Source: an uncultured Acidobacteriota bacterium (GTDB lineage: Bacteria > Acidobacteriota > Thermoanaerobaculia > Multivoradales > UBA5704). From it: 64,000 nt of DNA. This document shows positions 1-10,100 of this stretch, piece by piece. A program made the translations under genes and the position numbers. The stretch spans positions 2,144,001 through 2,208,000 of the forward strand of contig CAVYRF010000001.1 in assembly GCA_963770895.1 (NCBI GenBank), in the 5' to 3' direction. Position 1 is the first letter of the stretch, and each line of letters opens with the position of its first letter. The notes below the pieces were generated by a model that was not told where the DNA came from, searched no databases, and worked only from the letters and a program-made list of their open reading frames with translations.

Positions 1-1588
1 CCAGGCTGTGCGCGAGGCGGGCGAGCTCGCCATAGGAGACCTCCCGACCCTCTGCGACGACGGCCGGCGCGCCGGGCCTGCGCGCCGCCTGGGCGAAAAA
101 GGCGCGATGGACCAGCGGCGGCCGGGCCCCAGCTTGGCTGGCCTGACCGTCCTCGCCGGCCTCGCCGGCCTCGCCGCCGTCGCTCCAGGCGAGGAGCTGG
201 CGGCGCTCGGACGTCGAGAGGAGGGGGAGCTCGGCGAGCGGCCGCTGCGGCGCGGCGAGCGCGGCGGCGAGCAAGGCCGCCAGGTGGTCGAGGAGGCGCG
301 CCGCCGTCGCCTCGGTGAACAGGTGGGCGTCGTAGGCGAGCCGCAGCCCGATGCCGCCACCGCCATCACCCGCGCCGCGGGGATCGGACGTCTCTTCGGC
401 GACGAGGCCGAGCTCGAAGACCTCCGCCGCCAGGTCCGCCGCGGGATCGGGGGGAGAGACGGCGATCTGGAGGCCCGCGCAGGAGAGCCGCGGCGCCGGC
501 TGGCTGCGGAGCAGGAACAGGACCTGGAACGGCGGCGCGCGGCGCGGCTCGCGCGGCAGGTCCAGGGCCGTGAGGAGCATCTCGAGCGGCAGGTCCTGGT
601 GCGCGCCGGCGCCCGCTGCCGCCTGCCGTACCTCGTCGACGAGCGGGCCGTAGCCGCGGTCGAGCCGCGGGCGGGCGCGGCGGACCAGGACGTTCCGGAA
701 GGGTCCGATCAGCCCCAGGGCCTCCGGGCGGCGGCTCTCGACCGGCGTGCCGACCAGGACGTCCTCCTCGCCGCTGGTGCGCGCGAGGACGGCGGCCCAG
801 GCGGCCAGGAGGAGCGAAGAGAGCGTCGCCCCGCGCCGGCCGCCCAGCTCGCGGAGGGCCGCGGCGAGCGGCGCCGGCAGCACGCGGTGGACCTCGCCGG
901 CAAGGAATCCTTGCGCCGAGGCGCGGTCGAAGTCGGCCGGCAATCGCAGGACGGGAAGCGGCGGGGCGAGCTCGCGCCGCCAGGGATCGACCTCGAGGGC
1001 GAGCGCCTCGTCCGCGAAGTGCAGCCTCTGCCAGAGCGCATGGTCGGCGTACTGCAAGGGGGGCTCGGGGAGCGGCGACGGCCGGCCCGCGGCGAAGGCC
1101 TCGTAGAGCGCCGCGACCTCTCGCCAGAGGACGAGGCTCGATCCGCCGTCGAAGACGATGGGGTGAGCGGCGAGCAGCCCGGCGTGCCGGCCCGCCGCGA
1201 CGCGCACCAGAGCGACGCGGACGAGCGGCCCCGCCGCGAGGTCGAACGGGCGCCGCCGCTCCGCGGTGGCGAGGCGCGCGACCTCGCGCCTCGACGGCGG
1301 CTCCGGCAGGCCGGCGAGGTCGACGAGCGGCAGCGGCCGGCGCGCGGCGGGGGCCACGACGGGTTCCGGTGCGCCGCCTGGCGCGGCGAAGGTGGTGCGC
1401 AGGGTCTGGTGCCGGCGGACCACCTCGTCGAGCGCGCGGGCGAGGACGGCGCGGGCGAGCGGGCCCGCGATGTCGACGGTGTGGAAGAGGTTGCAGGTTG
1501 CCGCGCCCGGGTCGATCTGGTCGAGGAGCCACATGCGCTCCTGGGCGAAGGAGAGCGGGCGGACCGCTTCGTTCTGAAGCGCCGTCAC
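1..1588 (-). CDS. NRPS0, 5' part only (degenerate C domain plus start of an A domain), runs off the left edge
   Basis: Not in the ORF track because there is no stop in the window. Manual minus-strand translation from GTG 1588 (alternative GTG 1600) gives VTALQNEAVRPLSFAQERMWLLDQIDP...RRHQTLRTTF...PFDLAAGPLVR...AHPIVFDGGS...QYADHALWQR...HQDLPLE...LPLLSTSERRQLLAW...LVHRAFFAQAARRPGAPAV...SYGEL, i.e. C then A1 motifs, open to base 1. Confidence 0.9.
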   Translation of the reverse strand, partial: MTALQNEAVRPLSFAQERMWLLDQIDPGAATCNLFHTVDIAGPLARAVLARALDEVVRRHQTLRTTFAAPGGAPEPVVAPAARRPLPLVDLAGLPEPPSRREVARLATAERRRPFDLAAGPLVRVALVRVAAGRHAGLLAAHPIVFDGGSSLVLWREVAALYEAFAAGRPSPLPEPPLQYADHALWQRLHFADEALALEVDPWRRELAPPLPVLRLPADFDRASAQGFLAGEVHRVLPAPLAAALRELGGRRGATLSSLLLAAWAAVLARTSGEEDVLVGTPVESRRPEALGLIGPFRNVLVRRARPRLDRGYGPLVDEVRQAAAGAGAHQDLPLEMLLTALDLPREPRRAPPFQVLFLLRSQPAPRLSCAGLQIAVSPPDPAADLAAEVFELGLVAEETSDPRGAGDGGGGIGLRLAYDAHLFTEATAARLLDHLAALLAAALAAPQRPLAELPLLSTSERRQLLAWSDGGEAGEAGEDGQASQAGARPPLVHRAFFAQAARRPGAPAVVAEGREVSYGELARLAHSL

Positions 1589-1622
1589 ACCAGGTCGCAC
1601 GGTTTGGGGCGGGACCGCCCGG

Positions 1623-4049
1623 CTATTCCTGGCGCAGGGCGATCAGGGGATCGATCCGCGTCGCGCGGCGCGCCGGCAGGAAGTTGGCGGCGAGGGCGAC
1701 GGCGGCGAGGACCAGGGCCACGATGGCGAAGGTCCAGGGATCGTTCGTGCTCACGCCGTAGACCAGGCTGGCGAGCTGGCGGGTGGCGGCGAAGGCGACG
1801 GCGAGCCCGAGCCCGAGCCCGATCAGCACCAGGATCATCCCCTGGCGGAGAACCAGGCCGAGCACGTCGTCGCGATGGGCGCCGAGCGCCATGCGGATGC
1901 CGATCTCGTGGGTGCGCTGGTCGACCGTGTAGCTCACCACGCCGTAGACGCCGACCGCCGCGAGCACCAGGGCGAGCCCGGCGAAGAGGCCGAGGAGCAC
2001 GGTGTTGAAGCGGTTCGAGGCGAGCGAGGCGGCGACCACCTCGTCCATCGTCTGCGCCTGATCGACCGGCAGATCGTGGTCGAGGTCCTGCACGACCCGG
2101 CGGATGGGCGTCGCGAGCGTGCGCGGGTCGCCGGCGGTGTGCACGACGAGGGTGGAGTTGAGCTGCGGGCTCTGGAGCTGGGCGGTGTAGATCTCGTCGC
2201 CGGGGTCCCTGTCCAGGCTGAGGTGGCGCACGTCGCCGACGACGCCGACGACCGTCATCCAGCGCACGTCCTTATCGTGCGGATCGTCCAAGGTGAGGCG
2301 CTTGTTCAGCGCGTCGCCACCCGGCCACAGCTTGTCGGCGAGCGTGCGGTTGATGACCGCGACCGGGGTCGTGGCGTCGGTATCGTGATCGTCGAAGACC
2401 CTTCCTTTGAGCAGCCGCACGCCGAGGGTGCGGAAGAAGCCGGGGGAGACAAACCGCACGTTCGCCGCCGGCGCGTCCTGCGGCCGCGGGAACGGCCGGT
2501 CGCCGGCGGCGAAGTTGAGGATCATCCGATCGCTGCTGAGCGGCAGCGGGTACGCGGTCCCGGCCTGGTCGACGCCGGGCAGCTGCGCGACCCGCGCCAG
2601 CAGCGCGCGATAGAAGGCGATCTGCCGCTTGGGCTCATGATAGCGGAGCTCCGCCGGCGCCAGGGCGACGGTGAGGACCCCCTGCGACCGGAAGCCGGGG
2701 TCGAGGGAGTGCAGGCGGGAGAAGCTCTTGATGAGGAGCCCCGCCGCGACCAGGAGGACCAGGGCGACCGCCACCTCGGAGAGCACCAGGGCCTGTCGCG
2801 CCAGGCGCCCGCGGGCGCCGCCGGCGACGGCGCGCCCCCCCTCCTTGAGCGAGGCGTGGAGATGGCCGCCGGAGCTCTGCAGGGCGGGGATCAGGCCGAA
2901 GAGGAGGCCGGTGCCGACGGCTACGCCGAGGGTGAAGGCGAGCGCTTTCCAATCGACGGCGATCGAGTCGGCGCGCGGGATCTTGTTGCCCCCCAGGGCG
3001 ACGAGGGCGTGCACCCCCCAGACCGCGAGGAGGAGCCCGAGGAGGCCGCCGCCGAGCGACAGCAGGACGCTCTCGGTGAGCACCTGGCGCACCAGACGGC
3101 CGCGGCTGGCGCCGAGCGCGGTGCGCAGGGCGAGCTCGCGCTCGCGCGACGCCATGCGCACCAGCAGGAGGTTGGCGACGTTCAGGCAGGCGATGAGCAG
3201 CACCGCCGCCACCGCCGCCACCAGCACCAGCAGCGCCGGCCGGATCAGCTGCACCATATTCTCTCTGAGCCCGATCAATCTCACCGTCCACCCTTCGTTC
3301 GTCGCCGGGAATTGGCGGGCGAGGCGGCCGGCGATGCCCACCATCTCGGTGGTCGCGCCCTGGAGCGACACGCCCGGCCGGAGGCGGCCGGCGACCAGGA
3401 ACGTATGGGCGCCGCGGTCGGCCTTGGCGGGATCGACGGCGAGCGGCAGCCAGAGGTCGCGGTGGCTGGGCATGTCGAAGCGGGGCGGCGCCACGCCGAC
3501 GACCGTGTAGCTCTCGCCGTCGAGCGTCAGGCTGCTGCCGACGATCGCCGGATCGGCGCCGAAGCGGCGCCGCCAGAAGCCGTCGGCGAGCACCGCCACC
3601 CGGTGGTTGGCCGGCGTGTCCTCCGCGGCGGTGAAGACGCGGCCGGCGCCGCCGCGCATCCGGGCGACGCCGAAGACCTGCCAGAAATCGGCGGAGACCG
3701 TCGCCGCCCTGAGCTTCTGCGGCTCGCCGCGGCCGGTCAGGCTGACGCTCGCCGTGTCCAACGCCGCCAGCGCCGTGAACGAGCGGCTCTGCTGCCGCCA
3801 GTCGAGGAAGTTCTGGCTGGCGACGCTGAAGGTCGGGTAGCCCATCCCCGGGTTGCTCTCCCGGATGAGCACGATGCGGTCGGGATCGGGGTAGGGCAGG
3901 GGCTCGAGCAGCACGCCGTTGACGACGCTGAAAATGGCGCAATTGGCGCCGATGCCGAGCGCCAGCGCGAGGAGTGCGGCGCCGGCGGTGAGAGGCGAGC
4001 GGCGCAGGCTGCGCATCCCGAAGCGGACGTCACTCCAGAGGGTTCCCAT
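1623..4049 (-). CDS. ADOP-type (Acidobacterial duplicated orphan permease; MacB/FtsX-like) ABC permease
   Basis: About 808 aa from ATG 4049 (MGTLWSDVRFGMRSLRRSP...LALGIGANCAIFSVVNGVLLEPLPYPDPDRIV). It has two MacB-periplasmic/FtsX repeats with LLIACLNVANLLLVR..RERELALRTALGASRGRL and RTHEIGIRMALGA...PARRATRIDPLIALRQE, the classic ADOP signature. Confidence 0.93.
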   Translation of the reverse strand: MGTLWSDVRFGMRSLRRSPLTAGAALLALALGIGANCAIFSVVNGVLLEPLPYPDPDRIVLIRESNPGMGYPTFSVASQNFLDWRQQSRSFTALAALDTASVSLTGRGEPQKLRAATVSADFWQVFGVARMRGGAGRVFTAAEDTPANHRVAVLADGFWRRRFGADPAIVGSSLTLDGESYTVVGVAPPRFDMPSHRDLWLPLAVDPAKADRGAHTFLVAGRLRPGVSLQGATTEMVGIAGRLARQFPATNEGWTVRLIGLRENMVQLIRPALLVLVAAVAAVLLIACLNVANLLLVRMASRERELALRTALGASRGRLVRQVLTESVLLSLGGGLLGLLLAVWGVHALVALGGNKIPRADSIAVDWKALAFTLGVAVGTGLLFGLIPALQSSGGHLHASLKEGGRAVAGGARGRLARQALVLSEVAVALVLLVAAGLLIKSFSRLHSLDPGFRSQGVLTVALAPAELRYHEPKRQIAFYRALLARVAQLPGVDQAGTAYPLPLSSDRMILNFAAGDRPFPRPQDAPAANVRFVSPGFFRTLGVRLLKGRVFDDHDTDATTPVAVINRTLADKLWPGGDALNKRLTLDDPHDKDVRWMTVVGVVGDVRHLSLDRDPGDEIYTAQLQSPQLNSTLVVHTAGDPRTLATPIRRVVQDLDHDLPVDQAQTMDEVVAASLASNRFNTVLLGLFAGLALVLAAVGVYGVVSYTVDQRTHEIGIRMALGAHRDDVLGLVLRQGMILVLIGLGLGLAVAFAATRQLASLVYGVSTNDPWTFAIVALVLAAVALAANFLPARRATRIDPLIALRQE

Positions 4050-4198
4050 GGGCGGATAGCTTGGCATGGGGTCGGCGGTGGGTCAACGTGAAGACCATGC
4101 GGGCCGCCGGCCGACAGTTCAGTATTTGCAAACGTTTCTGCCATTTGCCGCCGCTGTCCTATTCTGCGATCTTTGAGCACACCTTGGTAGACGTGGCC
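4050..4198. promoter_or_regulatory. Divergent intergenic/promoter region between the permease and NRPS1
   Basis: AT-richer 149-bp gap between divergent starts. It contains a TTTGCAAA palindrome and a weak TCTGCC-N17-TATTCT (4137-4165) promoter-like pair on +. Confidence 0.4.
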
Positions 4199-7100
4199 AT
4201 GCGGAACCTCGAGGACGTGTATGCCCTGTCCCCCCTTCAGGAAGGGATCCTTTTCCACAGCCTGTACGCCCCGGAGTCGGGGGTCTATGTCGAGCAGCTG
4301 AGCTGCGCGCTCGTCGGGCCGCTCGACGCCGCCGCCTTCGCGCGCGCCTGGGAGCGGGTGATCGAGCGCCACGCGGTGCTCCGCACGGCGTTCGTGTGGA
4401 AGAGCCAGAAGCGGCCTCTGCAGGCGGTGCAGCGCGCCGTCGCGCTGCCGCTCGCGAGCGAGGATTGGAGCCATGTGGCGGCCGGCGAGCGCGAGGCGCG
4501 CTTCGCCGGCTTCCTGGCCGAGGATCGCCGGCGGGGTTTCGAGGCGGCGCGGGCGCCCCTCCTGCGCATCGTCCTGCTGCGTTTCGGCGCCGGCGAGCAT
4601 CGGCTGGTGTGGACGTTTCACCACCTGCTCCTCGACGGCTGGTCGCTGCCGCTGGTCCTTTCGGAGGTGCTCCTTTTCTACGCCGCCTTTGCCGCCGGCC
4701 GCGACCTCGCGCTCCCCGCGCCGCGCCCCTACCGCGACTACATCAAATGGGTCGAGCGGCAGGACCTCGCCGCCGCCGAGACCTTCTTCCGGCGCGCCCT
4801 CGCCGGCTTCACGGAGCCCACCGAGGTCGGCCTGCCGCGCCCCGTCGCCGTCCCCAACGACGCCAACGACGCCAACGACGCCGGCGGCACGGCGGCCGAG
4901 CGGCAGCGGCGCGACCGCGACGACTGCAAGCGAACCCTCGGCGGCGAGCGGCACGCCCGGCTGGCGGCGGCCGCGCGGCGGCATCGGCTGACCCTCAACA
5001 CGCTCCTCCAGGGCGCCTGGGCGTCCCTCCTCGGGCGCTACGCCGGCGAGCGGAGGAGCGCGGACGACGTGGTCTTCGCCACGACGGTTTCCGGGCGCGG
5101 CATCCCGCTCGCCGGGATCGAGTCGATGATCGGCCTCTTCATCAATACGCTGCCGGTGCGGGCGCCGCTAGACCCCCTGGCGGAGGTGGGGGACTGGCTC
5201 GCCGGGCTCCAGGAGAGCCAGTTGGCGCGCCAGGCCTTCGAGACGACCCCGCTGCCGCGGATCCAGGGCTGGAGCGAGCTGCCGCCGGGCACGCCGCTCG
5301 CCGCCAGCCTCTTCGTCTTCGAGAACTACCCGCAGCCGATCATGCCGCGGGACGGCACCGTGGCGCTCGGCGAGGTGCGCTTCCGCGAGCGGACGAGCTA
5401 TCCGCTGACGGCGATCGCGGCGCCGGCCGGAGAGGACCTCGAGCTCCGCCTGGCCTGGGACCCCGAGCACCACGACGCCGCGACGGCGGCGCGCCTCCTC
5501 GCCCACTGGGAGAACCTCCTCGCGGCGCTGGGAGAGGCGCTGGGGGCGGCCCCAGGATCGGCCGGCCCGCGGCTCGGCGATCTGCCCATGCTGTCGCCGG
5601 CGGAGCGCCAGCAGATGGTGGCCGAGTGGAACCCGCGACCGCCCGCCGATCTCGCCGGCCTTCCCCTCCACCAGCGTTTCGCCGCCCAGGCGGCGCGGAC
5701 GCCGGACGCGGTCGCGCTCACCGCCCCGCCGAGCGCGCCGGGCGAGCGCGAGGGCGGCGGCGAGCTCACCTACGGCGAGCTGGCGGGGCGCGCCGGGCGG
5801 CTCGCCGCGGTCCTGCGGCGGCGGGGCGTGGGCGCGGAGTCGCTGGTGGCGATCTGCCTCGAGCGCTCGCTCGATCTCGTGGTGGCCCTCCTCGCGGTGC
5901 TCGAGGCGGGCGGCGCCTACCTGCCGCTCGATCCGGCCTATCCGCCGGAGCGGCTCGGCTTCATGGTCGACGACTCGGGGGCGCGCCTGCTCGTCTCCCG
6001 CCCCGAGCTCGCCGCCCGCCTGCCGCCGCACGGCGCGCAGCTGGTGGCGGCGGACGCCGGCGAGGGCGGCGCGGAGGATGCGCCGCAGGCCGCGGCGCCG
6101 CCCGGCTCCGGCACCGGCTCCGGCGGTGGCGCCGACGCCGCGGGCGACCATCTCGCCTACGTCATCTATACCTCGGGATCCACCGGGCGCCCGAAGGGGG
6201 TCGCGGTCACCCACGGCGACGTCTCGCGCCTGCTCGCCGCCACCCGTCCGCTCTTTGGCTTCGGGCCGGACGACGTCTGGACCCTCCTCCATTCCTACGC
6301 CTTCGATTTCTCGGTCTGGGAGATCTGGGGGGCGCTCGCCCACGGCGGCCGGCTGGTGGTCGTGCCCCAGGCGGTCAGCCGCGCGCCGGAGGAGCTCCTG
6401 CGGCTCCTCGCCGCCGAGCGGGTGACGGTCTTGAACCAGACCCCAGGGGCCTTCGCCCAGCTCGCGCCCGCGGCGCTCGCGGGCGGCGACGGCCTGCCGG
6501 ATCTGCGGCTGGTGATCTTCGGCGGCGAGGCGCTCGATCCGGCGATCCTCGCCGGCTGGTTCGGCCGCTTCGGGGACAACCGGCCGCGGCTGGTCAACAT
6601 GTACGGCATCACCGAGACGACGGTGCACGCCACCTGGCGGCCGCTCGGCAGTGCCGACCTGGCGGCGGCGGCGAGCCCGATCGGGCGGCCGCTCGCCCAT
6701 CTCCAGGTGTACCTGCTGGACCGCCGCGGGCGGCTCGTTCCCCAAGGCGTCGCGGGGGAGATGCACGTCGGCGGCGCGGCGCTCGCCCGCGGCTATCTCG
6801 GCCGGCCGGAGCTCGCCGCGGCGCGCTTCCTGCCCGACGGCTTCGGCGCCGGCCGCGGCGCCCGGCTCTACAAGACCGGCGACCTGGCGCGGTGGCGGCC
6901 GGACGGCGAGCTGGAGTTCCTCGGCCGCGCCGACCGCCAGGTCAAGATCCGCGGCCATCGCGTCGAGCTGGGGGAGGTCGAGGCGGCCCTCGCCGCCTGC
7001 CCCGGCGTGCGCGCCGCGGCGGTCGTGGCGCGCGAGCGCGACGGCGTGCGGCGCCTGGTCGCCTACGTCGCCGCGCCCGCGGAGCGGACGGCGGCCGACC

Positions 7101-10100
7101 TGCGGACGCGGCTGGCGAGGACGCTCCCCGAGCCGATGCTGCCGGCCGCCATCGTGCGGCTCGAGGCGCTGCCGCTGACGCCCAACGGCAAGGTGGACCT
7201 GCGGGCGCTGGCGGCTCTCCCGGCGCTCGAGGACGCCGAGGGCGCGGCGGCGGCGCGCGCCGGCGCGGCCGAGCGCATCGCCCCGCGCGGCGCGGTCGAG
7301 GAGCTCCTCGCCGGCCTCTGGGCCGAGGTCCTGCGGCTGCCGGAAGTGGGCGTCCACGACAACTTCTTCGCTCTTGGCGGCGACTCGATCCTCTCCCTCC
7401 AGATCGTGGCGCGGGCGGGCCAGGCGGGCTGCCGCATCACCCCGCGGCAGCTCTTCGAGCACCCGACGATCGCCGGGCTCGCCGCCGCCATCGAGCAGAG
7501 CTCCCCACAGATCGCCGGGCAGCCCGGCGCTCGCGAGGAGGACGAGGGCGCCGGCGAGGTTCCCCTGACCCCCATTCAGCGCTGGTTCCTCGACCGCGAG
7601 CCCGCCGATCCCGATCATTTCAACCAGGCGCTCCTGCTCGCCGTGCGGCCGCCGCCGCCGGCCCCCCCCGCCGCCCTGCCGCGGGCGATCGCCGCCCTGG
7701 TGGCTCACCACGACGCCCTGCGCCTGCGCTTCCGGCGCGAGCAAGGCCGCTGGCGCCAGCGGCGCCTCGCCCCGCAGCCGGCAGCGCCGCCCGCGACCCC
7801 GGCGACCCCGGCGACCCCGGCGACGCCGGGGATCGGCGGGCGCCAGGAACTGGTACGCATCGATCTGTCGGGGCTGGCCGAGCAACGGGTGCCAACGGCG
7901 GTCACCGCGGCTGCCGCGGCCGCCCAGCACAGCCTCGACCTCGCGGCCGGACCCGTCCTCCGCGCCCTCTGGCTCGATCTGCCGGCGGGCGAGGCGCGCC
8001 TGTTCCTCGCCGTCCATCACCTGGCCGTCGATGGGGTCTCCTGGCGCATCCTCCTCGACGACCTGGCGACGGCCTGGCGCCAGATCGGCCGCGGCGAGCC
8101 GGTTCGCCTGGCGCCGCGGACCGCCTCGTTCCGGCGCTGGGCCGAGCGGCTCGCCGAGCAGGCGCGGACGATGGCGGCCGAGCCCGCCGCCGCCGAAATC
8201 GCCTTCTGGCTGGCGCAGACGGCGCCTCCGCCCGAGGCGCTGCTCGCGCCGCCGGCGCCGCCGGAGGCCGCCGCCCCCGACACGGTGGCGACCGCCGCCA
8301 GCGTCACCGTCGAGCTCGGCCAAGAGGACACCGCCGATCTCCTGCGGGCGCTCCCGGCGGCCCATGGCGCCTCGATCGCCGACGCCCTGGTCGCCGCGCT
8401 CGCCGCGACGCTCGCCGGCCCCGGCGGCGCCATATGCATCGACCTCGAGGGGCACGGCCGTGAGCAGGTCGGAGGAGACCGGGGCGGGGATCTCGACCTC
8501 TCGCGGAGCGTCGGCTGGTTCACCAGCCTCTACCCCGTGCGCCTGGCGCCCGGCGACGACCCGCGCCCGGAGGCGGCCCTGGCCGCCGTCCGCCGCCAGC
8601 TCGCCGCCGTGCCGGGGCGCGGCCTCGGCTACGGGCTCCTGCGCTATCTGAGCGAGCACCCGGCGGCGGCCGCCCTGCGCGACCGGCCATCCTCCCCGGT
8701 CAGCTTCAACTACCTGGGGCAGCTCGACGCGGCGCTCCCCGCCGACTCGCCGTTCGCCGCCGCCGGCGAGCCGGTGGGCCCGTCCCAGAGCCCGCGCGCC
8801 GGGCGCAGCCACGCGCTCGCCGTCGTCGCCCTGGTCGCCGCCGGGCGCCTCGAGGTGACCTGGACCTACGGCGCGCACCGCCTCGCGGAGGAGGCCGTGC
8901 GGCGGCTCGCCGAGCGCCTCCTCGCCCGCCTCCGGGAGCTCGCCGCCAGCGCCCGCTCCCGTACCCAGACGCTCGCGCCCATCCCCGCGGCGGACCTCGC
9001 CCGTCTGCCGGCGGACCTCGAGGACGTCTATCCGCTCTCGCCGCTGCAGGAGGGGCTGCTCTTTCACAGCCTGTACGCGCCGGGGTCGGGTGCGTACGTC
9101 GAGCAGCTCCACGCCACGTTCGAGGGGGACCTCGACCGCGCGGCCTTCCGTGAGGCCTGGCGGCGGATCGTCGCCGGCATGCCGGTCCTCCGCACCTCCT
9201 TCCACGGCGACGACCTGCCGCGGCCCCTCCAGGCGGTGCACCGGCAGGCCGCGGTCGAGATCGTCGAAGAGGACTGGCGCCCGCTCGCCGAGCCCGAACG
9301 GCAGCGCCGCTTCGCGGCGCTGGTGCGCGCCGACCGCCTCCGCGGCTTCGATCTGGCGCGGCCGCCGCTGCTGCGCTGGACCCTGGTGCGCACGGGCGAG
9401 CGCGCCTGGCGCTTCCTCTGGAGCCATCACCACGCCCTGCTCGACGGCTGGTCCTACGCGGCGCTCATCGGCGACTTCGCCGCCTGCTACGAGGCGCTCG
9501 CCGCCGGCCGCGAGCCGTCGCTCCGCGCGCGGCCGCCCTACCGCGACTTCATCGCCTGGCTGTCGCTGCGCGACCCGGCGGCGGACGACGACTTCTTCGG
9601 CGCCTACCTGGCCGGCTTCGGGGCGGGCTCCACGGCACCCACGCCGCTCGCCGCGGACCGCCCGGCGCCGGCCCTCGACACGGCGCCCGACCCGGCCATC
9701 GCCCTGCTGCGCCTCTCCGCGGCGGAGACCGCGGCGCTGCATGCCGCCGTCCGCGCCCGCGGGCTCACCTTGAACACCCTCGCCCAGGGCGCCTGGGCGC
9801 TCCTCCTGGGCCGCGCGAGCGGCGAGCGCGACGTCGTCTTCGGCGCCACCGTCTCGGGACGGCCGCCGGAGCTGCCGGGCGTCGAGGCGATGCTGGGGCT
9901 CTTCATCAACACTCTGCCGGCACGGGTCCGCCTGCCGGACGAGGCGCCCGTCTCGTCCTGGCTCGCCGGCCTCCAGGCCGCGCAGGCCGAGCTCCGCCAG
10001 CACGAGGCGGCGCCGCTGGTGCGCATCCAGGGGGTCAGCCCGGTGGCTCGCGGGACGGCGCTCTTCGACAGCGTGCTGGTCTTCGAGAACTACCCGCAGG

